A stretch of 64,000 nt of DNA, from contig JAFTQJ010000017.1 of the NCBI GenBank assembly GCA_017462785.1, forward strand, positions 2,064 through 66,063, written 5' to 3'. Below are positions 1 through 8,047 of this stretch, piece by piece. Made by a program: the position numbers and the translations under genes. Below the pieces are notes generated by a model, which searched no databases, was not told the origin of the DNA, and saw only the letters and a program-made list of their open reading frames with translations. Source of the stretch: Oscillospiraceae bacterium (GTDB lineage: Bacteria; Bacillota; Clostridia; Oscillospirales; Ruminococcaceae). Within the stretch, counting starts at the first letter, position 1, and each line of letters begins with the position of its first letter.

Positions 1-703
1 ACGGCCATGCAATGATGAACACATAGTAATAGTCCCCGATCTTGTGGACATGTGCACCCTCGCCTGCAAGGTTGTCAAGTCCGGTGGAGAACAGCCGCTT
101 TGCTGCACCGCCCTCCTTGAAGCCGGTCATTTCGGCGTTCAGCTCCTTGATCTCGATATTGCCGCCGCCGCCATAGATGAGGTAGTTCCTGCCGTCATCG
201 TCAAAGAACAGGGACGCATCGTGGTACATGCCGCTGAGCTCGCTGCGTGTCCATGTGCCGTTTTCGATGTCCGTGGTCTTGTAGATGTAGGATTTTCCGG
301 AGCCGTAGCTGCCGAAGAATACATAATACACGCCGTCATGGTACCGCAGACTGGTTGCCCACTGACCGTGTGCATAGTCATGCTTGCCGTTTGTGAGGTT
401 CTGCACATCGCCGTCAGCGTAGGTATTATAGACATAATTGCAGATCTCCCATGAAACCAGATCCTTGGATTTCATGATGGGTGCACCGGGCGAGAAATAC
501 ATGGTCGTGCTGACCATATAGTAGGTATCCCCCACACGGATCACATCCACATCGGGCACGTCCGCCCAGATCACAGGATTGGAGATCGTACTTGTCTGTG
601 CCGCATCCGCCTGCATTTCCGGCAGATATGCCGCTGCTGAAATCACCATTGCCGCCGACACTGCGGACAGCAGAAACCGTTTGCCATATTCTTTCAGATT
701 CAT
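1..703 (-). CDS. secreted glycoside hydrolase family 43 (partial; 3' end lies beyond the window edge)
   Basis: Absent from the ORF track because it runs off the window. My minus-strand translation from ATG 701-703 gives MNLKEYGKRFLLSAVSAAMVISAAAYLPEMQADAAQTSTISNPVIWADVPDVDVIRVGDTYYMVSTTMYFSPGAPIMKSKDLVSWE... This is a signal peptide followed by typical GH43 N-terminal blocks (NPV..AD.PD, VIRVGDTYY, SKDLV.W). Confidence 0.75.
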   Translation of the reverse strand, partial: MNLKEYGKRFLLSAVSAAMVISAAAYLPEMQADAAQTSTISNPVIWADVPDVDVIRVGDTYYMVSTTMYFSPGAPIMKSKDLVSWEICNYVYNTYADGDVQNLTNGKHDYAHGQWATSLRYHDGVYYVFFGSYGSGKSYIYKTTDIENGTWTRSELSGMYHDASLFFDDDGRNYLIYGGGGNIEIKELNAEMTGFKEGGAAKRLFSTGLDNLAGEGAHVHKIGDYYYVFIIAWP

Positions 704-755
704 ATTTTGCACCGCCTTTTTTAGAATCGAACTGTTCCGTTCACTGTTTAGCAAT

Positions 756-785
756 ATTATAACACGGTTTTCTTCACATTTTCAA
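756..785 (-). promoter_or_regulatory. sigma-70 type promoter for the GH43 gene
   Basis: Minus strand reads TTGAAA, an 18-nt spacer, then TATAAT with a TGT just upstream (extended -10). It lies about 50 nt upstream of the ATG at 703. Confidence 0.5.
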
Positions 786-819
786 CTGATGATTTGCAGA
801 TTTGGTGGATAAAATGAAG

Positions 820-855
820 CAAAAAGATCCCCGTCCAAATACAGGACGGGGATCT
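820..855 (-). terminator. intrinsic terminator after ORF 859..1242
   Basis: Minus strand reads AGATCCCCGTCC-tgtattt-GGACGGGGATCT (perfect 12-bp stem) followed by TTTTTGC. It lies 4 nt after the stop codon. Confidence 0.8.
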
Positions 856-858
856 GGT

Positions 859-1242
859 TCAATTAGAGAAAAACGTTTCCCCCATTTCGGAAAGCCCGTA
901 AACGGAGAGGAGATGTGCCTTGCCATCCTCGACCTCTTCACGGCTGAAATTGTGGGAAAGGAGGAATTCATCCTCCATTGCATCGAGCTGTGCATAGAAC
1001 GCAATGCCGGCGTGGAGCATGTCCATGGTGGGGGTTTCCAGCATTTCATAGAGCTTGTTTTCGGCTTCGTTGATGCTGCCGTCATTGAGCTGACCGAGCA
1101 GTGTTTCGGTGGTTTTCTGCACCTGTGTATCCTCGATCTGCACCAGATGCTCCGATGCAATGTCCACATTCATATGCATCATTTTTGCGGCTGCCTTGAC
1201 AATATCGTGGATCTGCCGCATGATGGGGTCTTGTTCAAACAT
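859..1242 (-). CDS. hypothetical acidic helical protein (127 aa)
   Basis: ORF from the track. AAGGAGG lies 7 nt upstream of the ATG, and the gene has its own terminator. I recognise no family. Confidence 0.5.
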   Translation of the reverse strand: MFEQDPIMRQIHDIVKAAAKMMHMNVDIASEHLVQIEDTQVQKTTETLLGQLNDGSINEAENKLYEMLETPTMDMLHAGIAFYAQLDAMEDEFLLSHNFSREEVEDGKAHLLSVYGLSEMGETFFSN

Positions 1243-1254
1243 GTGAGTGCCTCC

Positions 1255-1968
1255 TTATGGGTTGATTTCCAGAATCTGTTTTATCTCTCGCCACAGTTCC
1301 TCCTCCGACAGGTCATAGGGGAACGGGTCGGCGTCCTCCATACGATGCAGACGGAAATCCTCCTCCGTGCCGCATTCGATCACAAAGAACAGTTTTCCGT
1401 GGATTGTCATTTCGTCCAGCCGGAAATATTCCCCATGATGCACGAAAACCATTCCGCCGTCCGTACATGCTGCACCAAGCTCCAGAAAAATCCGCCGGAT
1501 GGTGTTTCTTGCAGATTGCAGTGCATTTTTCATCTTCAACAGCGGCACCCATTCATCCTCCATGATCTTCTCGCCGTTAAGCGTGAAGCCGTTTCTTTCG
1601 TAGAATGCAATGCCACGTTTGTTATATTCGAGTACCCAGAGCCATGACGCATGCTTCACGGAAACGGCGAAATGCAGGAGCTTTGCACCGATGCCCTGAC
1701 TCTGGAATGTCGGCTCAATGAAGAGCTTTTCGATTTCATCGCCGGAAATGCGGATGATGCCTTTCACCACGCCGTCATCATAGACATAGGTATTTTGCAG
1801 GGCATCCGAGCCGTCGGCGTATTCCGCCGCCACGTCCATGACATTCAGCTCTCCGAAATAGTACTCGTCATTCCGGAAGAAGGGGTAGAAATTGGTTCGG
1901 TAGTTGGTGATGATGATCTCCGCAATGCGTGAGGCATCGGCGGGGATGGCGGGGCGGATATGGGACAT
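1255..1968 (-). CDS. GNAT family N-acetyltransferase with an uncharacterised ~85-aa C-terminal extension
   Basis: 237-aa ORF. The N-terminal ~150 aa carry the acetyl-CoA motif FQSQGIGAKLL and ...GIAFYERNGF. GGAGG lies upstream of the ATG. The C-terminal part (SARNTIRRIFLELGAACTDGG...EINP) matches no family I recognise. Confidence 0.7.
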   Translation of the reverse strand: MSHIRPAIPADASRIAEIIITNYRTNFYPFFRNDEYYFGELNVMDVAAEYADGSDALQNTYVYDDGVVKGIIRISGDEIEKLFIEPTFQSQGIGAKLLHFAVSVKHASWLWVLEYNKRGIAFYERNGFTLNGEKIMEDEWVPLLKMKNALQSARNTIRRIFLELGAACTDGGMVFVHHGEYFRLDEMTIHGKLFFVIECGTEEDFRLHRMEDADPFPYDLSEEELWREIKQILEINP

Positions 1969-2016
1969 GGGGTGACCTCCGTTCTTTGATGGGGGATGTT
2001 TCAGTGGGCGGATAAA

Positions 2017-2367
2017 TCAGAATTTATCTTTGTATCTATAATCTATTGTGCCGTTTCCGTCGAAATCCAATAAACCGTTTCTCTCATGTTCATCAGGAAC
2101 AAAGCTACAATAATGATTGTTTTCATCTTCAATCAAAATGCGTCCACAGTTAGTACATTGAAAAATGGACTTTATTTTGATATAACCTGATAAATTAGTT
2201 CTGAAAGTCATCGCTAAGGCTTCTCTGTTCTTTACAGTTGATTCAATCATTTCATCCGCTAAATCAAGCATTTTAAAATACTCTTTATCTGAAATAATAT
2301 TTCCCTTATACGAAATACAATCAGTATTATCATGTATGATGTTTCCACATTTACATTTAATCCACAT
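2017..2367 (-). CDS. hypothetical small protein with a split zinc-ribbon-like Cys pattern (AT-rich orphan)
   Basis: 116-aa ORF with CKCG near the N-terminus and CTNCG at about aa 71. Composition is visibly much more AT-rich than both neighbours. Confidence 0.45.
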   Translation of the reverse strand: MWIKCKCGNIIHDNTDCISYKGNIISDKEYFKMLDLADEMIESTVKNREALAMTFRTNLSGYIKIKSIFQCTNCGRILIEDENNHYCSFVPDEHERNGLLDFDGNGTIDYRYKDKF

Positions 2368-2453
2368 ATTCCCACTTCCGTAAATTCTTATTTATCATCC
2401 ATTTGCAAACTGCCCCCCATCAAACCGACAGGGAGCAGTATTCTCTTATCAAA

Positions 2454-3839
2454 TTAGTAAGCCAGCTTTGCTTCCAGCCAAGCTTCCAGCTCTGTGATGG
2501 GCATTCTTACCTGCTCCATCGTGTCACGGTCACGAACGGTCACGCACTGGTCGGATTCCTTGGTGTCGAAGTCATAGGTGATGCAGAACGGTGTGCCGAT
2601 CTCATCCTGACGGCGGTAACGCTTGCCGATGGAACCAGCATCGTCAAAGTCCACATTCCACTTCTTGGAGAGGTTTGTGAAGATCTCCATAGCCTCCGGA
2701 GAGAGCTTCTTGGACAGCGGCAGAACAGCTGCCTTGAAGGGAGCAAGTGCCGGATGCAGATGCATGACAGTACGAACATCATTCTTTTCAGCGTCGATCA
2801 CTTCTTCATCATATGCCTCTGTTACGATCGTCAGGAACAGACGCTCAACACCGAGGGACGGCTCGATCACATACGGGATATACTTGGTGTTGTCCTCCGG
2901 ATCGAAGTATTCGAGGGACTTGCCGCTGTGGTTCTGGTGCTGTGTGAGGTCATAGTCGGTTCTGTCCGCAATGCCCCAAAGCTCGCCCCAGCCGAACGGG
3001 AAGAGATACTCAAAGTCAGTGGTAGCCTTGGAATAGAAGCACAGCTCCTCCGGATCATGGTCACGCAGACGGAGATTCTCCTCCTTGATGCCCAGATTCA
3101 GCAGGAAGTCACGGCAGTATGCACGCCAGTACTGGAACCATTCGAGGTCAGTGCCGGGCTTGCAGAAGAATTCGAGTTCCATCTGCTCGAACTCACGCAC
3201 ACGGAAAATGAAGTTGCCGGGTGTGATCTCGTTACGGAAGGACTTGCCCACCTGTGCCACGCCGAACGGAACCTTCTTTCTGGTGGTTCTCTGGATATTT
3301 GCAAAGTTCACGAAAATGCCCTGTGCAGTCTCCGGACGCAGGTACAGCTCGGACTTGGAATCCTCAGTAACACCCTGGAAGGTCTTGAACATCAGATTGA
3401 ACTGACGGATGTCTGTGAAATCCTTTGCCTCGCAGTTCGGGCAGCAGATTCCATTTTCACGGATGTAGTTCATCATTTCCTCATTGCTCCAGCCGGCAGG
3501 ATTGGTGCCGTCGAAGCTTTCGATGAGGTTGTCAGCTCTGTGACGGGTCTTGCAGGACTTGCAGTCCATGAGGGGGTCGGAGAAGCCGCCCAGATGACCG
3601 GAAGCTACCCATGTTTCGGGGTTCATGAGGATGGCGGAATCCAGACCCACATTGTAGGGGCACTCCTGAATGAACTTCTTACGCCAAGCCTTCTTGATGT
3701 TGTCCTTCAGCTCCACGCCGAGAGGGCCGTAGTCCCATGTATTTGCAAGACCGCCGTAGATCTCGGAACCTGCATATACGAAACCTCTGGATTTGCAGAG
3801 GTCAACGATTTTTTCCATGCTCTTTTCAGTATTCAGCAT
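2454..3839 (-). CDS. glyQS: glycine--tRNA ligase (alpha2 type, GlyQS)
   Basis: The translation [34 protein letters not shown]... is typical class II GlyRS throughout. I moved the start from track position 3920 to ATG 3839 ([12 protein letters not shown]), which has a GAAAGAAGGAAAA ribosome-binding site upstream. Confidence 0.95.
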   Translation of the reverse strand: MLNTEKSMEKIVDLCKSRGFVYAGSEIYGGLANTWDYGPLGVELKDNIKKAWRKKFIQECPYNVGLDSAILMNPETWVASGHLGGFSDPLMDCKSCKTRHRADNLIESFDGTNPAGWSNEEMMNYIRENGICCPNCEAKDFTDIRQFNLMFKTFQGVTEDSKSELYLRPETAQGIFVNFANIQRTTRKKVPFGVAQVGKSFRNEITPGNFIFRVREFEQMELEFFCKPGTDLEWFQYWRAYCRDFLLNLGIKEENLRLRDHDPEELCFYSKATTDFEYLFPFGWGELWGIADRTDYDLTQHQNHSGKSLEYFDPEDNTKYIPYVIEPSLGVERLFLTIVTEAYDEEVIDAEKNDVRTVMHLHPALAPFKAAVLPLSKKLSPEAMEIFTNLSKKWNVDFDDAGSIGKRYRRQDEIGTPFCITYDFDTKESDQCVTVRDRDTMEQVRMPITELEAWLEAKLAY

Positions 3840-3923
3840 TTGTGTTTTCCTTCTTTCTGACAAATTCTCGCCGTCATGCGGCATTGGTATCATTATACTA
3901 TAAATAGGGGGAAATGTCAAGTA

Positions 3924-4517
3924 TCAATCCATTTTTTCAGGTCTGTGCGTGGAAGCTGTTTTAAAATGCCGCACCTTGCGGATCATCTCCTTTGTCAGTA
4001 TCCAGAAAGTTGCCTGCACCCATTTTCCACGGCAGCCCCATTCGTTTTCAAACGGCGTAATATCGTACACACGCTCCCAGTTCCGGTATTTCATTTTCTG
4101 CTGTTCTTCCGGTGTCAGGGATTCGTACACAGCCTCCTGAGCAGCATTCTCTTCCTCAGTTTCAGAGATCAGCCCATTGCACAGAACAATATTCCATGTG
4201 TCAAAATCGGAGAGCAAAACCTGTGCATCGGGAATTTCAAGCTCAATGCAGACAAACTGCTGTCCGTGTGCACCGTAACACCAGCGTTCCCCACGCAGAT
4301 CGGGCTTGTAATGCCTGCCGTTCTGCTTGTACCAGCCCCAGACAGGATAGACCACACCGGACGGCGGCGGCCCGATCTTTGTTCGCATATGACCGGTCAG
4401 CCAGTCATACATTTCAGTAAATTCCGGCATGTTCATCCTTGCCGGATCGCAGATATACACACCGTTCTGCATGATCTGCTGATAGACCTCTTCCGGCTGC
4501 ATTGTCCAGAGAATCAT
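3924..4517 (-). CDS. DUF3841-like hypothetical protein
   Basis: 197-aa ORF with N-terminus MILWTMQPEEVYQQIMQNGVY. The length resembles the DUF3841 family as I remember it. Function unknown. Confidence 0.5.
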   Translation of the reverse strand: MILWTMQPEEVYQQIMQNGVYICDPARMNMPEFTEMYDWLTGHMRTKIGPPPSGVVYPVWGWYKQNGRHYKPDLRGERWCYGAHGQQFVCIELEIPDAQVLLSDFDTWNIVLCNGLISETEEENAAQEAVYESLTPEEQQKMKYRNWERVYDITPFENEWGCRGKWVQATFWILTKEMIRKVRHFKTASTHRPEKMD

Positions 4518-4598
4518 AGGAACACCTCGCTTTCATCTCTGACATTATAGCAGAAACGAGGAAAAAACACAAGAGTGTCAGCGAAATGAAACCCAAGA

Positions 4599-4627
4599 TT
4601 GACATTCTCCTCCACATAGGTTATAAT
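4599..4627 (+). promoter_or_regulatory. consensus sigma-70 promoter for the YwqG-like gene
   Basis: TTGACA (4599-4604), a 17-nt spacer, then TATAAT (4622-4627). It lies about 30 nt upstream of the ATG at 4660. Confidence 0.7.
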
Positions 4628-4659
4628 AGAAACAACACCTGACAGAATGGAGGAACAAC

Positions 4660-5622
4660 ATGGGAATTTTAGATTTCCTGCAAAAAATCTTGGATCCGTC
4701 CGCTGCACCGGAGTCAGCAGCAGCCGGACAGCCGTCCAAGCCCGAAGCAAAACCCTCAGAGCCGCCTGCGATTTCCGAGGAAGATGCAGAACGATGGGCA
4801 GAAGCTGCCGCAGAACGTGTGATTCAGGAAACACGCATCCCGCTGCTGCGGATCGAGCTTCTTGAAGAGCCGTTCTCCCTGTTTGCGTCCCATACCGGAG
4901 GGCTGCCGTATCTGCCCCGTGGCTGTGCATTTCCGACGGACGGAGCAGGTCAGCCCATGTACTTTCTCGCACAGATCAACTGTGAGGATCTCTGTGCACT
5001 GCCGGACTACCCCCATGAGGGCATTTTGCAGTTCTGGCTCTGCGATCAGTGGGAGGAGGCGAAAGTGACCTATCATCGGGAAATTGACTGGAGCGTGACG
5101 GAGGATGATGTGAGAAGCCGCTGTCCGCAGCGGACGGGGGACGAATTCTGCTCGCCGCTTGGAATGTCCTGCCGGATGAAGTTCACCCCCGATGAAGAGA
5201 GCATGAGCGGCTGCGACCCGAGACAGATGGCACTCTATACACAATATTACTCAGAGCTGTCCGGCGAGAGGATCACAAGTCCCTGGGATTCCGTGCAAAA
5301 GGATATTGTAGATACCGGATATGTCTGTCTGTGTGATGAAGATCTCGGCAGCGGTCACAAGGTCGGCGGTTACCGCTATTCCACGCAGTTCTGGAGGGGG
5401 AATCGTTATGATCCGGCACGTCCGGTCGATCTGAACGCCGACGATGCCCCGATGCTCCTGTTCCAGCTCGACAGCGATTATACCTACGATTACGACAACC
5501 GATGCGACAAAGTCATCAAAGTGCTCTGGGGTGATGCCGGTGTGGGGCATTTCCTCATCAACCGTGCCGACCTGCTGGCTGGACGCTATGAGGAGGCTTG
5601 GTTTTATTGGGATTGTTCGTGA
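4660..5622 (+). CDS. YwqG family (DUF1963) protein
   Basis: 320-aa ORF. SHTGGLPYLP...GQPMYFLAQINCEDL and the C-terminal GDAGVGHFLI match the DUF1963 pattern. The N-terminal ~60 aa form a Pro/Ala/Glu-rich linker. Confidence 0.65.
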   Translation: MGILDFLQKILDPSAAPESAAAGQPSKPEAKPSEPPAISEEDAERWAEAAAERVIQETRIPLLRIELLEEPFSLFASHTGGLPYLPRGCAFPTDGAGQPMYFLAQINCEDLCALPDYPHEGILQFWLCDQWEEAKVTYHREIDWSVTEDDVRSRCPQRTGDEFCSPLGMSCRMKFTPDEESMSGCDPRQMALYTQYYSELSGERITSPWDSVQKDIVDTGYVCLCDEDLGSGHKVGGYRYSTQFWRGNRYDPARPVDLNADDAPMLLFQLDSDYTYDYDNRCDKVIKVLWGDAGVGHFLINRADLLAGRYEEAWFYWDCS

Positions 5623-5672
5623 TTTCCCGTTTGTGCGGGAGATCCGCAGCTTTAAGAAAGCTGTGCAAAATC

Positions 5673-5756
5673 TGCCCACCCCCTCCCCTCGGGGAGGGGC
5701 TATATATGGAGGGTACTGCGTACCCTCCACCCATCAAAGGCGGCTGCCTTTTTTCT
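5673..5756. repeat. GC-rich double-hairpin intergenic repeat, copy A
   Basis: tgcccaccCCCTCCCCtcGGGGAGGGGctatatatGGAGGGTACtgcGTACCCTCCacccatcAAAGGCggctGCCTTTTTT. It aligns at roughly 80% identity by eye with 14237..14331 and has the same architecture as 33463..33522. Confidence 0.7.
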
Positions 5757-5795
5757 CCTCAGAACCGTTTTTACTGACGGATTTCACAAAAACCA

Positions 5796-5824
5796 TTGAC
5801 ATTTCTTCTCCGATTTGCTATAAT
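5796..5824 (+). promoter_or_regulatory. consensus sigma-70 promoter for the PRTase-like/rhomboid operon
   Basis: TTGACA (5796-5801), a 17-nt spacer, then TATAAT (5819-5824). Confidence 0.7.
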
Positions 5825-5867
5825 AAAGAATGAAAATCCGCAAGACGGAAACGAAAGGAGGTTGCCT

Positions 5868-6533
5868 GTGGGGTTCGCTTCACAGGAACGCTATATGGAA
5901 AACAGAAAGATTGAAGTGACTGCCAAGTCCAATAAGAATGTCAAGCTCGGTCTGATCCCCGGACATTTTGCAACCAACCACTCCCATGTCAACTACTTTG
6001 TAGATATGACCACCATCAAGACACAGTACCGTGCTGCAAGAGAAACCGCAAGAGAACTGGCTAAGGCATATGCACACAGCAACCAGATCGATGCGATCAT
6101 CTGCCTTGAGGGTACTGAAATGATCGGTGCATTCCTCGCAAGAGATCTCTGCGAGCATGGCAGCGGCATGAACGGCGGCAGAGATATTGCTGTCATCACA
6201 CCCGAAACCAATATGAACAACCAGATGATCTTCCGTGACAATATCCAGAAGGCGGTTTATAACAAGGAGATCCTCCTCCTGATGGCATCCGTTTCCACCG
6301 GCAAGACCATCAACCGTTCCATCGACTGCCTCCAGTATTACAGCGGCAATCTCGTGGGCATCTCCGCTATTTTCAGTGCGATCGACACCTATGGCGACAT
6401 CAAGGTAAACGCTGCATTTACCTCCAAGGATCTGCCCGAGTACATCTCCGCTGCACCCTCCGCATGCGAACTCTGCAAGAGCGGCAAGAAGGTGGATGCG
6501 ATCGTCAACAGCTTCGGTTATTCCAAGATCTAA
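5868..6533 (+). CDS. phosphoribosyltransferase-like protein with a degenerate PRPP loop
   Basis: The track ORF 5796..6533 starts inside the promoter. A plausible start is GTG 5868, 6 nt after AAAGGAGG; ATG 5895 (MENRKIEV) is the alternative. The fold-type motif ILLLMASVSTGKT resembles the PRPP-binding loop but lacks the usual acidic pair. Confidence 0.5.
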   Translation: MGFASQERYMENRKIEVTAKSNKNVKLGLIPGHFATNHSHVNYFVDMTTIKTQYRAARETARELAKAYAHSNQIDAIICLEGTEMIGAFLARDLCEHGSGMNGGRDIAVITPETNMNNQMIFRDNIQKAVYNKEILLLMASVSTGKTINRSIDCLQYYSGNLVGISAIFSAIDTYGDIKVNAAFTSKDLPEYISAAPSACELCKSGKKVDAIVNSFGYSKI

Positions 6534-6542
6534 GTCATTCCC

Positions 6543-7166
6543 ATGAAGCTGAAATTCCCTAAAATTGAATTCAATTCGCCGGTCGTGATTTACTATACGA
6601 TCGCAGCATTTGTCGTGCTGCTGTTCGGCTATGCAACAAATCACCAGACCACGGATTCCTTTTTCACCTGTTTCCGGACGAATGCCTCCGACCCCATGAT
6701 GTACATCCGGATGGTGTCCTATGTGTTCGGTCATTCCAGTGCGTCGCACTACACCGGAAACTTCTTCCTGATCATCCTCATCGGTCCGATGCTGGAGGAA
6801 AAATACGGCAGCAAAACGCTGCTCGTCATGATGGCAACGACGGCTCTTGCCGGCGGTATCGTCAATGTTGCGATCGGCACGCACGGTCTGCGTGGTGCAA
6901 GCGGCATTGTGTTCCTGTTCATCATCCTCTGCTCCTGCACCAAAGTCGAAGCCGGTAAAATTCCGCTGAGCATGGTGCTCGTTGTCCTGATCTACATCGG
7001 CAAGGAGCTGGTGATCGGCGTGACAAGCTCGGACAATATTTCCCAGATCACCCACATCATCGGCGGTATCTGCGGCATTGTGTTCGGCTTGTACTACAAC
7101 AAAAAGCAGGTCGAGAAGAAAAAGAAGGAAGAAGAGGAAAAGAAAAAAGCCGAAGAAAAGAAGTAA
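6543..7166 (+). CDS. rhomboid family intramembrane serine protease
   Basis: 207-aa polytopic ORF with the GASGIVF (GxSG) motif and a downstream HIIGGICG (H..GG) motif. It has a Lys/Glu-rich C-terminal tail. Confidence 0.75.
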   Translation: MKLKFPKIEFNSPVVIYYTIAAFVVLLFGYATNHQTTDSFFTCFRTNASDPMMYIRMVSYVFGHSSASHYTGNFFLIILIGPMLEEKYGSKTLLVMMATTALAGGIVNVAIGTHGLRGASGIVFLFIILCSCTKVEAGKIPLSMVLVVLIYIGKELVIGVTSSDNISQITHIIGGICGIVFGLYYNKKQVEKKKKEEEEKKKAEEKK

Positions 7167-7181
7167 TTTTCTCAACTTTTT

Positions 7182-7211
7182 TATCCCGTCAGAAATGGCG
7201 GGATATTTTTT
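7182..7211 (+). terminator. intrinsic terminator after the rhomboid gene
   Basis: TATCCCG, a 10-nt loop, CGGGATA, then TTTTTTG. Confidence 0.7.
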
Positions 7212-7431
7212 GTAGTTTTCTGTAACGAAACTGCATCCTCAGTTGTCCAGTCTTTTGTCACTGCGAAGGACACGCAGGGCACAGCCATCCTGCACACCCG
7301 CCTCTATTCCACCTACAAGGGACTGATTCCGCCGGAGGAAGATATGATCACGATTCACACCAACGGCTGCACCGATGCACTCGCCGCCGATCTTGCGAAG
7401 TTGTTCGGATAAAGCCTTCCCCAATACTCTA

Positions 7432-7500
7432 ACCGCCCCTGATCTGCCGGAAACACACCTGCACTGATTTGCAGTCATATTGCGGCAGATCGGGGGCGGT
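7432..7500. other. long inverted repeat (18-bp stem, nested hairpin in the loop)
   Basis: ACCGCCCCTGATCTGCCG (7432-7449) pairs with CGGCAGATCGGGGGCGGT (7483-7500) with one G-T wobble. The 33-nt loop contains CTGCA-ctgattt-TGCAG. There is no flanking T-run, so its function is unknown. Confidence 0.5.
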
Positions 7501-7534
7501 ACATACGCAGTTCTGACTGCCCGTCCATAGATAA

Positions 7535-7575
7535 CAAAAAAGCCTGTAAATAGCGTTTTTCGCTAAATACAGGCT
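7535..7575 (-). terminator. intrinsic terminator of the tRNA-Ser pair
   Basis: Minus strand reads AGCCTGTATTTAGCG-aaaaa-CGCTATTTACAGGCT (15-bp stem) followed by TTTTTT. Confidence 0.85.
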
Positions 7576-7583
7576 TGTTTGTT

Positions 7584-7673
7584 TGGCGCAGAAAGAGGGA
7601 TTTGAACCCTCGCGCCGGTTACCCGACCTACTCCCTTAGCAGGGGAGCCCCTTCACCACTTGGGTATTTCTGC
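7584..7673 (-). tRNA. tRNA-Ser (anticodon GCU), CCA encoded
   Basis: Reverse complement is GCAGAAATACCCAAGTGGTGAAGGGGCTCCCCTGCTAAGGGAGTAGGTCGGGTAACCGGCGCGAGGGTTCAAATCCCTCTTTCTGCGCCA. I folded it by hand. The acceptor stem is GCAGAAA/TTTCTGC. The anticodon stem CTCCC/GGGAG carries loop CTGCTAA. It has a long variable arm and a T arm GAGGG-TTCAAAT-CCCTC. Confidence 0.9.
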
Positions 7674-7697
7674 ATGGTGAACCAAATCATATTAAAA

Positions 7698-7786
7698 TGG
7701 CGGAGAGAGTGGGATTCGAACCCACGGTGCGTTGCCGCATCACCAGTTTTCAAGACTGGCTCCTTAAACCGCTCGGACATCTCTCC
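7698..7786 (-). tRNA. tRNA-Ser (anticodon UGA), CCA encoded
   Basis: Reverse complement is GGAGAGATGTCCGAGCGGTTTAAGGAGCCAGTCTTGAAAACTGGTGATGCGGCAACGCACCGTGGGTTCGAATCCCACTCTCTCCGCCA. The anticodon stem CCAGT/ACTGG carries loop CTTGAAA. It has a long variable arm and a T arm GTGGG-TTCGAAT-CCCAC. Confidence 0.9.
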
Positions 7787-7807
7787 AGTCCGTGAACCAG
7801 CTTTTAT

Positions 7808-7836
7808 ATTATAGCATGCTTTGCCTGTTTTGTCAA
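7808..7836 (-). promoter_or_regulatory. consensus sigma-70 promoter of the tRNA-Ser operon
   Basis: Minus strand reads TTGACA, a 17-nt spacer, then TATAAT. It lies about 20 nt upstream of the first tRNA 5' end. Confidence 0.75.
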
Positions 7837-7981
7837 GGCAGTTTTCGCAAAAACAGCACTATGCACAATAAATGTGGAACCGATTTGTCGTTTTGTTCAA
7901 AAGGGAGCCGGTGATCCGTCCGGTACGGCTTCCGCCACTGCTGCGGTGATGCCGCCAGCGTGAGAAAAATATACGAACATC

Positions 7982-8010
7982 TTGCAATCCGTTGAAAAAG
8001 ATGCTATAAT
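7982..8010 (+). promoter_or_regulatory. sigma-70 promoter for recJ-relA
   Basis: TTGCAA (7982-7987), a 17-nt spacer, then TATAAT (8005-8010). Confidence 0.65.
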
Positions 8011-8047
8011 GTATATAAATGTATCATCACGGATTGGGAGTGAAATC

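Noticed and set aside
3840-3923. Looked for a T-box leader upstream of glyQS, which is common for aminoacyl-tRNA synthetase genes in Firmicutes.
   Set aside because: Only 84 nt separate the glyQS start from the stop of the upstream gene. That is too short for a T-box, and no specifier-loop or T-box sequence is evident.
7167-7412. The open frame after the rhomboid TAA stop is in the same frame as the rhomboid gene, so I considered stop-codon readthrough.
   Set aside because: A strong intrinsic terminator (7182..7211) lies inside the would-be extension. Same-frame coincidence has a one-in-three chance. There is no readthrough context that I recognise.
7239-7478. 79-aa minus-strand ORF from the track (MTANQCRCVSGRSG...).
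   Set aside because: It has no ribosome-binding site and starts inside the loop of the 18-bp hairpin. Its composition is Arg/Gly/Cys-rich and lies antisense to a more protein-like plus-strand frame. I judge it probably spurious.
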